Source: Marsupella aquatica (taxonomy: Eukaryota > Plantae > Marchantiophyta). Taken from it: a DNA stretch of 64,000 nt. This document shows, in pieces, positions 24,186 through 36,240 of the stretch (the stretch's first letter is position 1; each line of letters begins with the position of its first letter). A program made the position numbers and the translations under genes. The stretch is taken from positions 28,091,145-28,155,144 of the forward strand of contig OZ316891.1 in assembly GCA_973895155.1 (NCBI GenBank), read 5' to 3'. Under the pieces are notes generated by a model, which saw only the letters and a program-made list of their open reading frames with translations, did no database searches and was not told the origin of the DNA.

Positions 24186-25334
24186 CAGTGTTTTGCTACA
24201 ATGAAAGGTACATGTCTGATGGATTTTTACATTGAAAAGTGTTATTTCATAGACCATAGGACTAATCCAGATACTTGATAGACCTTGACAGACCTTAAAT
24301 CAAGTACCTAAAATCTCATAGAATTACATTGTTCACTGTAAGTAATGTGATTAACACTAATTCAAGAGCACCAATTTTCAGGGTCTACTTGCAAAATTTT
24401 AGTGTTAATCACACTAATATTGTGCCAGCACTATTTCTGTGCACATAAATTATTGGTGTTGTGGTCTGAAGAATGGAAAACGAGAAGGAAAAAAACTATT
24501 AAATTGAGAACTCCACAAAAGTTAGTGTTATTTTGGACTCAGGATCATTCATTTTTTACTAATAATTTGCACAAAAATGAAAAAAACTATTATAAAAACT
24601 TGACCAGAATTAGTGTTACTTGAACTCAAAATCACTTTTGACAGTTAGTGGTGAAAAACTTTGGTTTGCGGGTCCATTAAACAAAAACCACCATCCAAAT
24701 AAAAATATTTTGTTGTCAGAAAGCAAAACCTACCTTGCTGCCCCCAAGTTCTTGTAAAGCCACCCCCAAGTTCTTATAAAGTCACCCTTATTAGGAAGAA
24801 ATGTGGGTCTTGAAGTACTGTACTCTACCACTTTTCTTTCCTGTGTTCAAGTGGTTTTTAATAGATCCAAAGACATTTTGAAGTGTGGGTGAATCGTTGC
24901 CCCACACTTGGAGATGTTCCTCTAGTTGCACGAATTCCCAAGTCATGTGCAGGAGTTTGGACAACTGACAGGATTTCAAAAAAGGAATATTTTACGAAGA
25001 ACTGAGAGGATTTTTCAAATTTTTAAATCTTTTTGGGGGCGAGGGAGAACATGAGAGACAACAGAGAATTGTCAATCCAAACTTTACGTCAGACTTTGAG
25101 AAGTGAGCCTTCGTCCCACTTTGCAACTCCCACAGCTCACAGACAGATGTACTCATCTACCCTTCACCTTGAACTAAGGATAAATCACACAAATTGAGAG
25201 CTAAATTACCATAGTAAGTGTAGGCGCTAGTACAGTAGATTGCAACTCTTTTCTTCACTAGTTATGTCACTTGAGTCTGGTTTACTCACAAGTTATTTGA
25301 TAGCCCTGAGGTTGTCACATTGAACAATCTAATA

Positions 25335-25499
25335 GGGCGTCTCAATCCTTGGATTTGAGGGAAAAATTGAGGCCCTGAACTAGCAATTTCGGTCAAGGTT
25401 CAGCAGTGTGCGGACACGGATTTTCATGTCCGCCACTTTTTTCCCAGGATTCCGTCTCTGACAGCAACTGGAAGGAGCAACGCGAAGTTTGAGACGCCC
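25335..25499. mobile_element. MITE-like element with GGGCGTCTCA TIRs
   Basis: TA|GGGCGTCTCAA ... TTGAGACGCCC|TA. Confidence 0.65.
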
Positions 25500-25755
25500 T
25501 AATGGTTTCCATTGCCCCCTATCATTCATTCAAGCACCCCCACTACTGGTCCACCCATCCTTGCCTCTCTATTTCTATACTGCTCCCCCACCATCATCAA
25601 CAATAGATCAGTATGATGGGGAACAGTCAAATTTTCCAATAGAGAGTCTCAGTATGGACTATGAAATTCATAGTTGATAGCTTTTTTCCATAAGGATTGC
25701 TCGTATGCCATTTCCATCAGTCACTCTAAAGGCTGGTGACAGAAAAAAACATTAA

Positions 25756-25895
25756 AAACACCTCCTGAAAATGATTTACGAGAGGAACGAACCAACGTTG
25801 CTTTTTTGCTTGGAAGGGCAACGGAAACACCTCCTAAAAATGATTTTACGAGGGGAAAGAACCATGTTGCATTTTTGCTTGGAAGGGTAACGGAG
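25756..25895 (+). repeat. Direct duplication of ~70 bp
   Basis: AAACACCTCCT.AAAATGATTT...TTTTTGCTTGGAAGGG.AACGGA occurs twice. Confidence 0.8.
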
Positions 25896-26628
25896 GAAAG
25901 GTTCTATCTAGGAGCAACAAGGGGAAGGGAAAGACAAAATACTGACTTCCGTGAAACATGGAGCCTTTAAAACAGTGTGAAAATAACCTAGGCTTATGCA
26001 CCCCTACCCAAGACCTTGGAAGAAGCTGTTCCACCACCATTAATGGATACGACCAACAACTACCATAAATATTTGATTTCTGGTCAAACCACAAATCGAG
26101 GAGGGATCGACGGTCATTGGCTTATAATGGTGCATGTCCCATAAATTAGGTGGAGGCATCATTATAGTGCATGGACCCTTCTTTACGTTAATTCTATTAC
26201 ATTGTGAGCATGAGTTGGAAACCAGCTTATCTATGGTGTAATTTGTTTTACAAAACTAACCTAAATGCACATTTTTGGATGTAAAAAGGAATAATTCAAT
26301 CTTTCTTTTCATCCGCTGATTTTGGTGGGGCCCTAGAGTCATGGTCTAGGGGTTTCGCTCTGATCTAGACTCAAACTCATATATATGATTTAATTTAATA
26401 GTAGAATGACTTTGAAGACTGGGTTAGGTTTGGGCATCACGGTACATTTTAGACTCCTCCTAATCATAGTAAAACCCACGTTCAATGTGGGCTCTCCTCC
26501 ACAACAAAGAACAATGAATTATGTTTGGGACACATACAGCATTTGGTGGGAAAACAATCACATTTTTACACCCCTCCCCAAACACAAATAAAATTTCTAG
26601 GGTAACTGTTTGGGTTAGTCATTGAAGT

Positions 26629-26953
26629 TTTTTTTCTTGAATGAAAATGGGGGAAAAAACTTTGTAGGGCAAAAAATACTTAGTAGTCTCTGTCCACCCC
26701 AATAGTAGTGACATATATTCATTGTAGGGAATCCATTTCAGGGTGAGCCCCCACTGATCCGATAGGAACTTGTACCAGGAGGGAGAGAGAATAAAAGCAA
26801 GGCCACAAAGTGGACAGCCAGGGGCCAAGTCATCAAAACTCCTATCCACTACCCACATATACCCTCCACACCCGTGTGTGTGGGGAGGGGATTGAACCTA
26901 GGACCTTTCAATTCCAGGCTCCATCCTCTAGCCAACTGACCTAAACCAGTTGG
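26629..26953 (-). mobile_element. tRNA-derived SINE with A-tail and 7-bp TSD
   Basis: Minus strand has A-box-like TAGGTCAGTTGG, B-box GGTTCAATCCC and a short poly(A) end. TTGAAGT flanks both sides (26622-26628 and 26954-26960). Confidence 0.8.
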
Positions 26954-29900
26954 TTGAAGTCATCTTTCTAAAAACCTTTTTAGTAAAATACTTGCTGTAA
27001 ATATGCAAAACATTTTGCAAGATGTTGGAACCAATACCTCTTTTGTGACCATAGTTACTTTCAGCCTATGTTAACCATGTAACTGCAGGCAGATGTCGCG
27101 GTGCACGGAATCTTTCTCTGTCTCATTGTCCCTCACCATCAAGAATTCTCTCAGTCTATATCATCTACTCTGAATGAATTAGTCCTGACTGAATGAGGGA
27201 TGTCACTTTCAAGCATAGCATCTTTTGCTTTATGCACTGGATTTTGGTTTCCTAGCCCCATGGAGATTCAAGGCCAGGAAAACTGAATAGTACTGCTTGC
27301 TTTTTTGAGACAAGTCTGGGAGAAAAGAAGTTGCCATTGATTGATAGCTTCCCACTCTAATGACCACTGCACAAGAAGAAGATTGGGCTGCAGGAAATCA
27401 AAACAATCCCTTGGCAAAGCAATACTATAACCAGCAAGGCAATGTTCCACCCATGAGCAAATTATTTAGACTCAGGCCCTCTCTTACTCTACAATACATC
27501 TTGAAACCTGATAGGAAAAGTCTCAGAAAGTTAAGTGGAATCTAGCAATTTCCACAAAGCCTGTGACATAGTTGTTATGACTATATATTAGAGGCCTGTC
27601 AAGCCTAGAAGTGGGTGTCACACCATTATGAGTGTTAGTATAATATATAATGCTATCTAAGTTTAGAGCTTTTGTATGTGTGTTAAATACAAGAAATTAG
27701 TGTTTTGTTGTGAGGGATAATTATCTCTTTGTGGTGGCTCGAAAGACATCTTTTGATGTTGAGCCTTTTGAGCACAAGCTTTGACTGCTGTGGTGTGACC
27801 GGCCAGGTTGTGTGTATGGAATGTGGATGCTTAAAGCCCAAGGTGCATTTGGCTTGACATATGTGTGTGCTTTTGTTGGATGATACTTTTGATTGTGCAT
27901 TTTTGGTATCAATTGGCGCTCTATTTGGTAAAACTTATTGTGAGCATTGTGCATATATGGATATGCGTTTCACTTGTATTCCATTATCTTGTGTTTGTAA
28001 TGTTAGGGTGTGAATATGAATGAATGTGTGTCACAAACAATGTATGTTTTGTAGTGATGTGTATCCTCACCACATGAGGGAGAGTGAGATTTAGATGTTG
28101 TATCAGATTATAGTAGAATTTACAGCTCGTTTGGATCAACAAATTCAAAAGAGCCTCCATAACCCCTCACAATTGATTGAGTTAGACTCAACCAGAATGA
28201 TTGTTTTTTTGCAGCTTAGAGTTACAAGTGATCTCTTGTGACACCTATTGAGAATTGTCAAGTGTGAGTACTTTGAGTACTAACCCTGTATTACTCATTT
28301 CACATATAGTGCAATTGCATATACGCTAGAGCATAATATATTTCAAGAATTTGGGGTATCAGTGTCATCTTATATGTTCACGATGAGGGGTCATCTATGG
28401 CTCAAAACATTGATCTTGATGAGATCAAAGTTCCACAAAACAACTGCATCTCAAAATAGTTGATTTTTTTTAAAGAAATTGTCAAAAACCGTTTTTAATG
28501 TAGGAGGGTCCTATGATGGGAAGTGAGAGGGTCTGCCTAAGGGCAAGGCTACTCTCCTCGTAGGGAAATGAGCAACGACAATTCTGGGCAGGTCCCCCTT
28601 TTATAGTGGCAGTTGTGGCTTAACTTGGTGGGGTATTCATGCAAACTAAAATCTGATTCCCTTTTCTCCTTTTCAATTCATTCAGCCCTCTTTTGCTTGT
28701 TTCAATCATAGATCCTTTATTCCTTGCTTTTTGTGTTTTTCCTTTTGGTGCATATGGGCTTGACTTTTGTGAACGGGTTGAAGGTCACTTTATTCTTCAA
28801 GATAAACCTTCTTCTTCACCCCCTTCTTCAAAAAGGGTAGCAAAATTGACTCTGACGTTATATAAACGTAATCGTTCATATTTAATTGGAATCTATGGGG
28901 CCTCACTCCAAGGGAAGTTCCATATCAGGCGCAAAGTTTTCAAATACTAAACACCCTACAACCTAAGAAATAAAGTATTTTTAAACTATTTTTAACCCCT
29001 AAATTTAAGGAATATTTTAGGATTGAAATTTAAAATTTAAAACCCACTATAGTTCTTATAATTCTAAAAATTGGATTAAAACACTCATATTTGTCTTAAA
29101 AAATTAAAGTCTTTCTTCCAATTTAGTCCCCTACGGTCTTTGTGCATGATGGGTAGTATGAAAATAAGTGAGGACCCGAGGATTGGAATACATTTGTCTA
29201 TATATATATTGCTATGGAAAACTGAATGGCCTTGGTGTTTTTTCACTTTGTAATAATGGGGCATTAATGGAGTAGAATGCACAGTCCTTATTAGTTTTTT
29301 TTTTGGTTTTGAAAATTTGTGTTTATTAGAAAAGCCACCGCGGTTAGACCAGTGAGACAGACAACAAACCAAACCGAGGGCCACACGCGCCCAAAAAGTG
29401 ACTCATTGCCAAAAACCACCCCAACGGATCACCAGGTCACCTTCAAACGAAGGGCCAAGGGATAACAAATCCAAAAAAACTAAGCCACATAACAGACAAA
29501 CAGGGCATCACCCTCATATAAAGGGGGCCCCCAACACTAGAATGAACAAGGCTCCAACAACAAAAACCAAAGCTATGCGTGACTTGTGCCAGTTGAAGCC
29601 CTAGAAGTCAATTCAGTGAGGTCAAGAAGGGCTCGATGGAGCCGTCTGGCCTTATGCACACTGTGAGTCTGCTGAAGGGTAGCATGAACTTGAATAGCAG
29701 CACCTTGGAGAATGACGTGCAATGGAATCCTGGTAAAGGTAGCATGATACGTGCGTTGCAACCGCACAGTCCTGATTAGTATGAGCTCATTATGAAATTT
29801 CTCCTCTGCTTCACTTCAAAACATTTAAGACAAAAATCACCTAAAGTTTTCTAAGATCATGTTACCAGAACATTAATATGGGCAAGGAAAGCCCCTCCAA

Positions 29901-32222
29901 ACTCATGCTGAACCTCTCATTTTTGGTTACTATGGTACACCACTCCCTGTAACCAAGATTTTACTGTATCCTACTTAGTGTCCTTATTGCTTTTTCTCTT
30001 AGTGAGTTTTGGGGCATTTATGAATAGGATAATGTCCTGGTTAGAGGGCATTATGAGATATAATGCCAGTAACTAGGACATTAATGTGCCTAAAAACTTG
30101 AGTGATTTTTTGATAGGTCAAATTGGTCAAAGGGCCTGAAATTGGTCAAAGGCATGAAAGAAGTTAAAAACAAATCTTGTGATTTTGATACAGGTTATTA
30201 TGTTAGAGGCTGTATGGGAAATTAATGAATACAAAGAGAAAAATCAAGAAAGTCTTTAGGAAGAAACAATGCTTCGTCATGATTATTTTTCCAAATTGTA
30301 TGTACCAAAATAGAAAGGGAAAACCTAAAAGGAATACCTAGAGTACGTTTGTGTCCTGGGGATAAGCAAATAGGAGTTAGAGCCCAAGGAGAGGTCAAAC
30401 CTGATAAGCATTCAAAAAGTAGTACTCTACACACGTTCCACTCGTTTTGTCAATTGCAAGTAATACGCTTAACTAGATCTTCTAAATCTAGCCTGAGGTA
30501 CCTCCTTCTGGCTTTTTAGATTTCAAAATTGGGACAAAAAATTGTAGGACCTATTTGTATGACCAACTTAGTAGAGTGAATACATAGGCCATAATTTTGT
30601 TAGTAGCATACATTCTTCATATTTAGATGGGCATGGGAGCCTGTACAGCAAGCTAATCCTTTGCATATAAGCCTGGGTACAACAAGCCCTTCCTGAGCAG
30701 ACGCATGTATTTGAGGGACTTACTACTTCTTGAATGCTCATTCTGGTGTGCTTTTTGGCAAATATGTAGAGATAGAGAATACCTGAATTGTAAGTGCACT
30801 AGTAGTACCAGTGAACCGAAGGTGAACATAATCCGCAGCAATAACACACAGCTGTATTCCATGAAATGAAATAATTAAAGCTATAAAATCCACAAGCATA
30901 ACATAAACCAGGCAAATGTGACATGGGTTTTAGTGGGTGGATATGTGCTCAAAGCTTGACACCAAACATGGTATACAACTCTTAGAGTGAAAGGACCAAA
31001 ATGAGGGGCCCAAAAGTGTTATTTTGCATTGTTGTGAGGTGTCTCTCACTCTATGGTATGATAATAGGCAAGTTCAACATTCGTGGCTCACAAATGGATG
31101 GAATGGATGTTTCCAATGTGACTCTTTGTTGCTCAGTAAAGAAATCAAATCAAGGCATGAGGTTGTATCTCTTCACATTTTTTAATGTTACCTAGGGTGC
31201 CCAGATGCATGTTAGAGTCCTAGCAACCCTAGCTGGGCTAGTATTCATTGCAACAAGTGAGGTTCTGAGTTCAATATCCACATAAGTGGAGAGTTTAGTC
31301 AACATCAATCATCTAGCAAGTGTATCTTCTAAGTTCAAGCTCCATAAGTTGACCAACTTTTGCACAAACCCCCATACCCAAGTGCGGTTCACCAAAGCAC
31401 TTAGCTTTGCCTACAAAAGAATGACACTTTAAAAATTGGAGCTCATTCTCTTATCACCTAAATGGGAAAAGACAAGCACACAAACAATATCTAAGAGTGC
31501 CATACCCACATGTAGAAAAATTGGAGGTCACTTTCTGTCACCTCTATGGAAATAGGCAGGCTGCCCAACATCTAAGAGTGAGACCCAAGAAGTTGTAATA
31601 AATAAGTTTCCCAATAACATGAACCTGGATACATCTACTATAAACTTCAAAACAAAATTTGAAGGTCACTATCTTATCATCTAAATAGAACTTTCCCAAC
31701 TACCTATATGGAATCTATGGAAACATGCAGGCTGGCTAGCATTTAAGAGGTCGTAATAGTTAAGCTTTCTAAACTGTCAACCTGGATATACTCTTTTTGA
31801 CATTTTGGGAAAAGGACCTAAAAGATTGTATGTAATAAATAAGTTTCCTAAGTCAACCTAACAATATCTATTCGAAATTTTGGAATGTGATATATAAGTT
31901 TCTTAAGAACAGACAACCTGAATATATCTATTCGACACTTGGGAAAAATTGAAGGTCACTTTATTATCACCTGAATGGAATTGGGGAAAAAGTGAAGGTT
32001 AGTCTGTTATCAGCAAAATGGAACTGGGGCATACATTATCTTCGAGTGAGACACAAGGGACTCAAGGGTTGTGATTAGTAAATAAGTTTCCATGAAGGGT
32101 TCACCTCTATGGCTCTATCTATCTCTTTGCTGATGTGGGCAGATTTGGGCTTGACACACACACATCACTCATTCTTTTCCGGCCGTTTAGACTTGCTTTT
32201 CACTTTGGTTCATTTCTTCAAA

Positions 32223-33027
32223 TCTAATTAATAAAGTGCAAATCCGAAGCTAGTCTTTGGGTCTACTGTCTAGAGTGAAACCTCTACTGTCTAGAGTGGA
32301 GCGCTGGTGATTGAATTCAATATGAGGGTCTTTTCTAATTTCTAGGTGGATATCTATGTCTCCAAATGACAGGCTATATTTTGGGTTAGCTTGATTATTG
32401 ATGAGGAGAAAATCCCTCAACTAAAGCTCATCTCACTAGCCTGATTACCCATGAGGAGAAAAGCTCAACTAGGCTTACTATGCTAAACTCACTAGCCTGA
32501 TTACCCATGTTTTAGTGTTCATCTTGGCCCCATCCCAGTTTTTCTCTGCTCCATCAGTTTTAGTTAATAGTTGAGGGTTTTTCTCCTCATCGGTAATCAA
32601 GCTAACCCAAAATATAGCCCATCATGTGGAGACATAGAAATCCACCTAGAAATTAGAAAAGGCCCTCATATTGAATTCAATCACCAGCGCTTCACTCTAG
32701 ACAGTAGAGACTTTCTTTGACCTCTATTCTTCCAAAATGATGTGTTGTCATACCTACCTTCAAGATCTCAAATCATATCCAGAATCTTGTGACATGTGGT
32801 GAAATCTCTGACATAGATGGGAGTAGAGGTTAGGATAGAGGACTCTCTCCTAACTGCCATTTTTACCAAATATGGAGGTCAAAGGTTATGAAAATGGAGA
32901 CTGGCTGCCATTTATCTAGGGAGAGGGGCCACCAGTGAAAAGCCATCTCTCCAAACTCAACCCCTTAATCTTACTTTTTGAAGTTACAAGTGCATTTGAC
33001 CATGCCTGTGGAGATCTCTAGGCCTAG
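32223..33027 (+). mobile_element. Helitron-like element containing a fold-back inverted repeat
   Basis: A|TCTAATTAATAAAG 5' end with the GTCTAGAGTGAAACCTCTA family motif. Ends GCCT..AGGCCTAG directly against the next element. Confidence 0.55.
32282..32709. repeat. Long inverted repeat, ~142-bp arms and ~144-bp loop
   Basis: 32282-32423 is nearly the reverse complement of 32568-32709. Confidence 0.95.
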
Positions 33028-33307
33028 TCTTACTATAAAAGCAGCAACTGAAACCTACTCTTAAGGGCCTAGGTTTAGAGTGAAACCTCTAGACAATAAT
33101 TTCCAATACAAATAAAACTGATAATGAGATTCAATAATGTCAAAATTTTAAATGAGTATGGACAAAAGTGATATTGACACTAAATAAAGATAAAATTGAA
33201 ATGAGGGTGAACTAAAAACAAGGATGGGACAAAACCTAACCAAAATAACATATAAAATTTATTGTGCCAGTCATCTATTTACATTCAAGGAACGGTCATG
33301 GGGCTAG
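33028..33307 (+). mobile_element. Short non-autonomous Helitron-like element
   Basis: TCTTACTATAAAAG 5' end, TAGAGTGAAACCTCTAGAC motif, and 3' end CATTCAAG..GGGCTAG|T matching the 13908-14299 copy. Confidence 0.65.
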
Positions 33308-34656
33308 TTTAGCCGAAAGTCAGGGGTGCTTCTCCACTTTCGGAGTTTATGCCACTCGGTTAGTCTTTCCGTCTTTCGAGGAACAGTTCTCCGGCCGAGT
33401 GTCCTTCCTGTGGGGGGCTCTAAAAGTTGACGAGTGAGTATTATTTGCGAGGGTCCGTGTGGGACCTCTTTGCTTCCTTTGCTTCCTTTGCTTCCTTTTG
33501 AAACAACGTGAACCTTTTCAGTGTAGCAGTGGTTCGGGTCGGACTACACTACTACAGTACAATGCACAATGCAGCGGTGATGGTGCGGTGATGGACTGAT
33601 GGTGCGGTGATGGACTGATGGTGCGGTGATGGTGGTAGTAGTAGTAGTAGTAGAAGTAGTTCAGTAGCTCTGTGGGGCCTCCACCCTCTAGCTCCCGTCC
33701 TCTGCTCTCCTCCGTCACTTTTGCTTCTCTCAGCCAGCCGCCACTGCCTAAAAGCAGGAATTCGTTCGATGGGTATGGTGGATTCATTGACCTTATTAGT
33801 TTTTCTTTTCGATTCCTTTTCAGGTTTGGCATTTTGTTCTGGATTGCCTTTGACTGGAGCCGAGCTATAGCGTATCTTACAAACCAGAGAGCATCTGCTG
33901 CTGAGGGAGCCGCTGTCTGTTTGCGACCGCTATTTGTTTGCGACTTTTTTTCTTCTCTCCGACCAGTGTCCTCTTTGCAGATAGAGTCGGTTCACTTTGT
34001 GGACCTTTCCTCCCTCCACTAAGAGAGAGAAGATAAATCCTTCCGAGCCGCGGAGGGAGGAGACGGCACGTAAACATTCCAAATAATCTATTTACTCGAG
34101 ACGTTCATCCGTTGAGATGCCTCACTACAGGGCCATGTGATCTCCTTTCTGTGGAGGACTTCGATTTCTTTCTTCATTCCATACACAAGCATTCCATACA
34201 CGCGATTGGGTTTATGAGCTACCCGTCACACCAAGATAGTCTGGTGTGTTTGTGGTCTGCATGCCCAACAGGTCTGATCGAACCGCTGGATTCGACGACG
34301 ATGGAGTTTCCTAAATGATAGAGGTTGTGATTGCCAAGTCTCGCGCTGTTGATTCTGGTGCTGGTGCTCTGCTTGACGTTGGGTCAAGAGAGGGATTTCT
34401 TGTCACAAACGTCGCAGCTGGGGGAACGTTCAAGAAGCAGGATTAGAATATTTTCTTCAACCTTAGATGGTGGATGGTGCGCATGATTATAAGTTTGCTG
34501 TGATATGTATTTGTAGACGAGGGAATTCATTTAACTATTTTTTCAACTTGAGATGGTCGACGGTGCGCATGGATAGCTCGCTGTGATCTACCTGTAGACC
34601 AGGGAGGGAAATTCTATTTCAATTCTGTTGTGGTGAGGATGTTTACGACCTCCCAC

Positions 34657-36240
34657 ATGGATAGCAGGCTGGGCTATCTGGGGCACGCCGACGACGCAGA
34701 GGTGGATGCCCTGCTCTCTCAACTAAGTGATGACAACCTCCTCAAGCTGAAAGTGAACACTCACAACACCTCCAGCCGGGTGGGCTTCGAGTACCCCTCG
34801 TTCACGGATGGATGGGTGGATGAAGATGCCACAGAGGCGCTGGACACACAGCTCAGCTCTCGATTTTCCAGTTTGAAGCGCCCCATACCTCCTGCTGCAA
34901 AGACAAAGGGCAAAGATTCGATGAAGGTTGGGGGCAAGATGGGCTCCAATTCAGACAGAGCGGTGCTGGGTGGCAAGAAGGTCGTCAACAGCAGAGATAA
35001 ACCTATCTTTGGGAGCAACAATAGCAGCAGAGAATCAGAATTGTTTGATAGGACGGGGAGAGATTCGGATGTGATGGGATGGAAGGGAAGCGAGGGGGAG
35101 GATTCCAACAAGAGGTTGTCCAGCAGGCCATCCTCCAGAACCTCGTCCAGGAGGAGGGAGGAGGATGGGAGCAGTAGTAGGTGGCAGCAGCACCCAATTA
35201 AAAGGGATGCGTCACGAAGTTCGTCTCAGAGAACGGAATTTTTTTCCTTCAGATCGGATGATCTTCCGGTAGTGGCAGATGAGGATGATGAAGACCCGGA
35301 TAGCATAGATGGTGTTCTTAACGAGCGTTTCCGGGCTCTGAAGGCCACTCCTGCTTCATCGAGGAGATCATCAACACCAACCTCCACCGGGAATCTTGAC
35401 TTGGACGCTCTCATTCAAATCTCAGGCCAACTCTCTACCAATGACTATGAGAGCTATGGGTCGTCTTTCTCCACACCAGCCTCTCCTTCTCCTTCTGCAA
35501 ATCTGCTGGGACGCTCCAAGTCAAGATCGTCTCCTCGTGTCATGACCAATTCGGTCGCCACTACCTGTCATTGCTCTACTCCTTCTCCCCTAAAGCTCTT
35601 GAAGCAGGTCGGCTCCAAGAGCTTCCCATCCAAGCAGCAGCTTTCCCCTGGATCTCTGCCTCCGTTGTCCCCAGCCCCTCGTTCCTCGCCCCCCTCTGTG
35701 AAGAAGGCAGGGAGACAGTACAAGGTGGAAGGGTTTGGAAATTCCAAGCTAGCTGGTAAGGGCAATGATACGACTGTTATGGAAAAGAACGAAAAGACGG
35801 AAGAGAACGAGAGGAAGAGCAGCAACGAGGACAGAAATTACACCAGTCCATCTACGATTAAGGAGATGAGGAGATTACTTTCTTCTGTGGCCGACAGAGT
35901 TGGCTTGGAGAGGAGCAGGGTATCATCTGCAGTGGACGATGAGTTGTTCCCGGGGGAGGACTTGAATGTCTGGTCAGTGACGGATGAGGAGCAGGAATTT
36001 GCGAGGGCGTCTACAGAGGAAGAGAAGGTGAATCGTGAGGCAGAGCGAGTGGTTGAGTGGGCCAAAGATGCAGCTCGTCTGGGGAACGATGAATCAGACA
36101 TAGATAGTGAAGTAGACGACCTAGAATTAGATGAGGAGGATGATGTGGAGAACTTTAACGCAACGAAGCCTTCAAAGAAAGAGACACCGAAGAAGAAGGG
36201 CGTTAAAGTGGCACCCAAGAAGAAATGGGGTCTGTTCTAG
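34657..36240 (+). CDS. Uncharacterised Ser-rich/acidic plant protein, single coding exon
   Basis: Stop-free frame of over 520 codons. N-terminal DDAEVDALLSQLSDDNLLKLKVNTH, two internal RFxxLK motifs and C-terminal EEEKVNREAERVVEWAKDAAR resemble an uncharacterised plant family as I recall it. The start could instead be the ATG at 34639. Confidence 0.8.
   Translation: MDSRLGYLGHADDAEVDALLSQLSDDNLLKLKVNTHNTSSRVGFEYPSFTDGWVDEDATEALDTQLSSRFSSLKRPIPPAAKTKGKDSMKVGGKMGSNSDRAVLGGKKVVNSRDKPIFGSNNSSRESELFDRTGRDSDVMGWKGSEGEDSNKRLSSRPSSRTSSRRREEDGSSSRWQQHPIKRDASRSSSQRTEFFSFRSDDLPVVADEDDEDPDSIDGVLNERFRALKATPASSRRSSTPTSTGNLDLDALIQISGQLSTNDYESYGSSFSTPASPSPSANLLGRSKSRSSPRVMTNSVATTCHCSTPSPLKLLKQVGSKSFPSKQQLSPGSLPPLSPAPRSSPPSVKKAGRQYKVEGFGNSKLAGKGNDTTVMEKNEKTEENERKSSNEDRNYTSPSTIKEMRRLLSSVADRVGLERSRVSSAVDDELFPGEDLNVWSVTDEEQEFARASTEEEKVNREAERVVEWAKDAARLGNDESDIDSEVDDLELDEEDDVENFNATKPSKKETPKKKGVKVAPKKKWGLF

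Noticed and set aside
26870-26950. Functional tRNA gene
   Set aside because: No convincing acceptor stem or cloverleaf; the body, A tail and TSD point to a SINE.
29340-29770. Possible 3' fragment of another non-LTR element (ATLQQTHSVHKARRLHRALL plus T-rich tail)
   Set aside because: Similarity to the CRE-like C-terminus is too weak to call by eye.
34761-36218. Antisense ORFs over the 34657 gene (and those over Oxidored-like and cyclin A)
   Set aside because: Shadow frames of real coding sequence.
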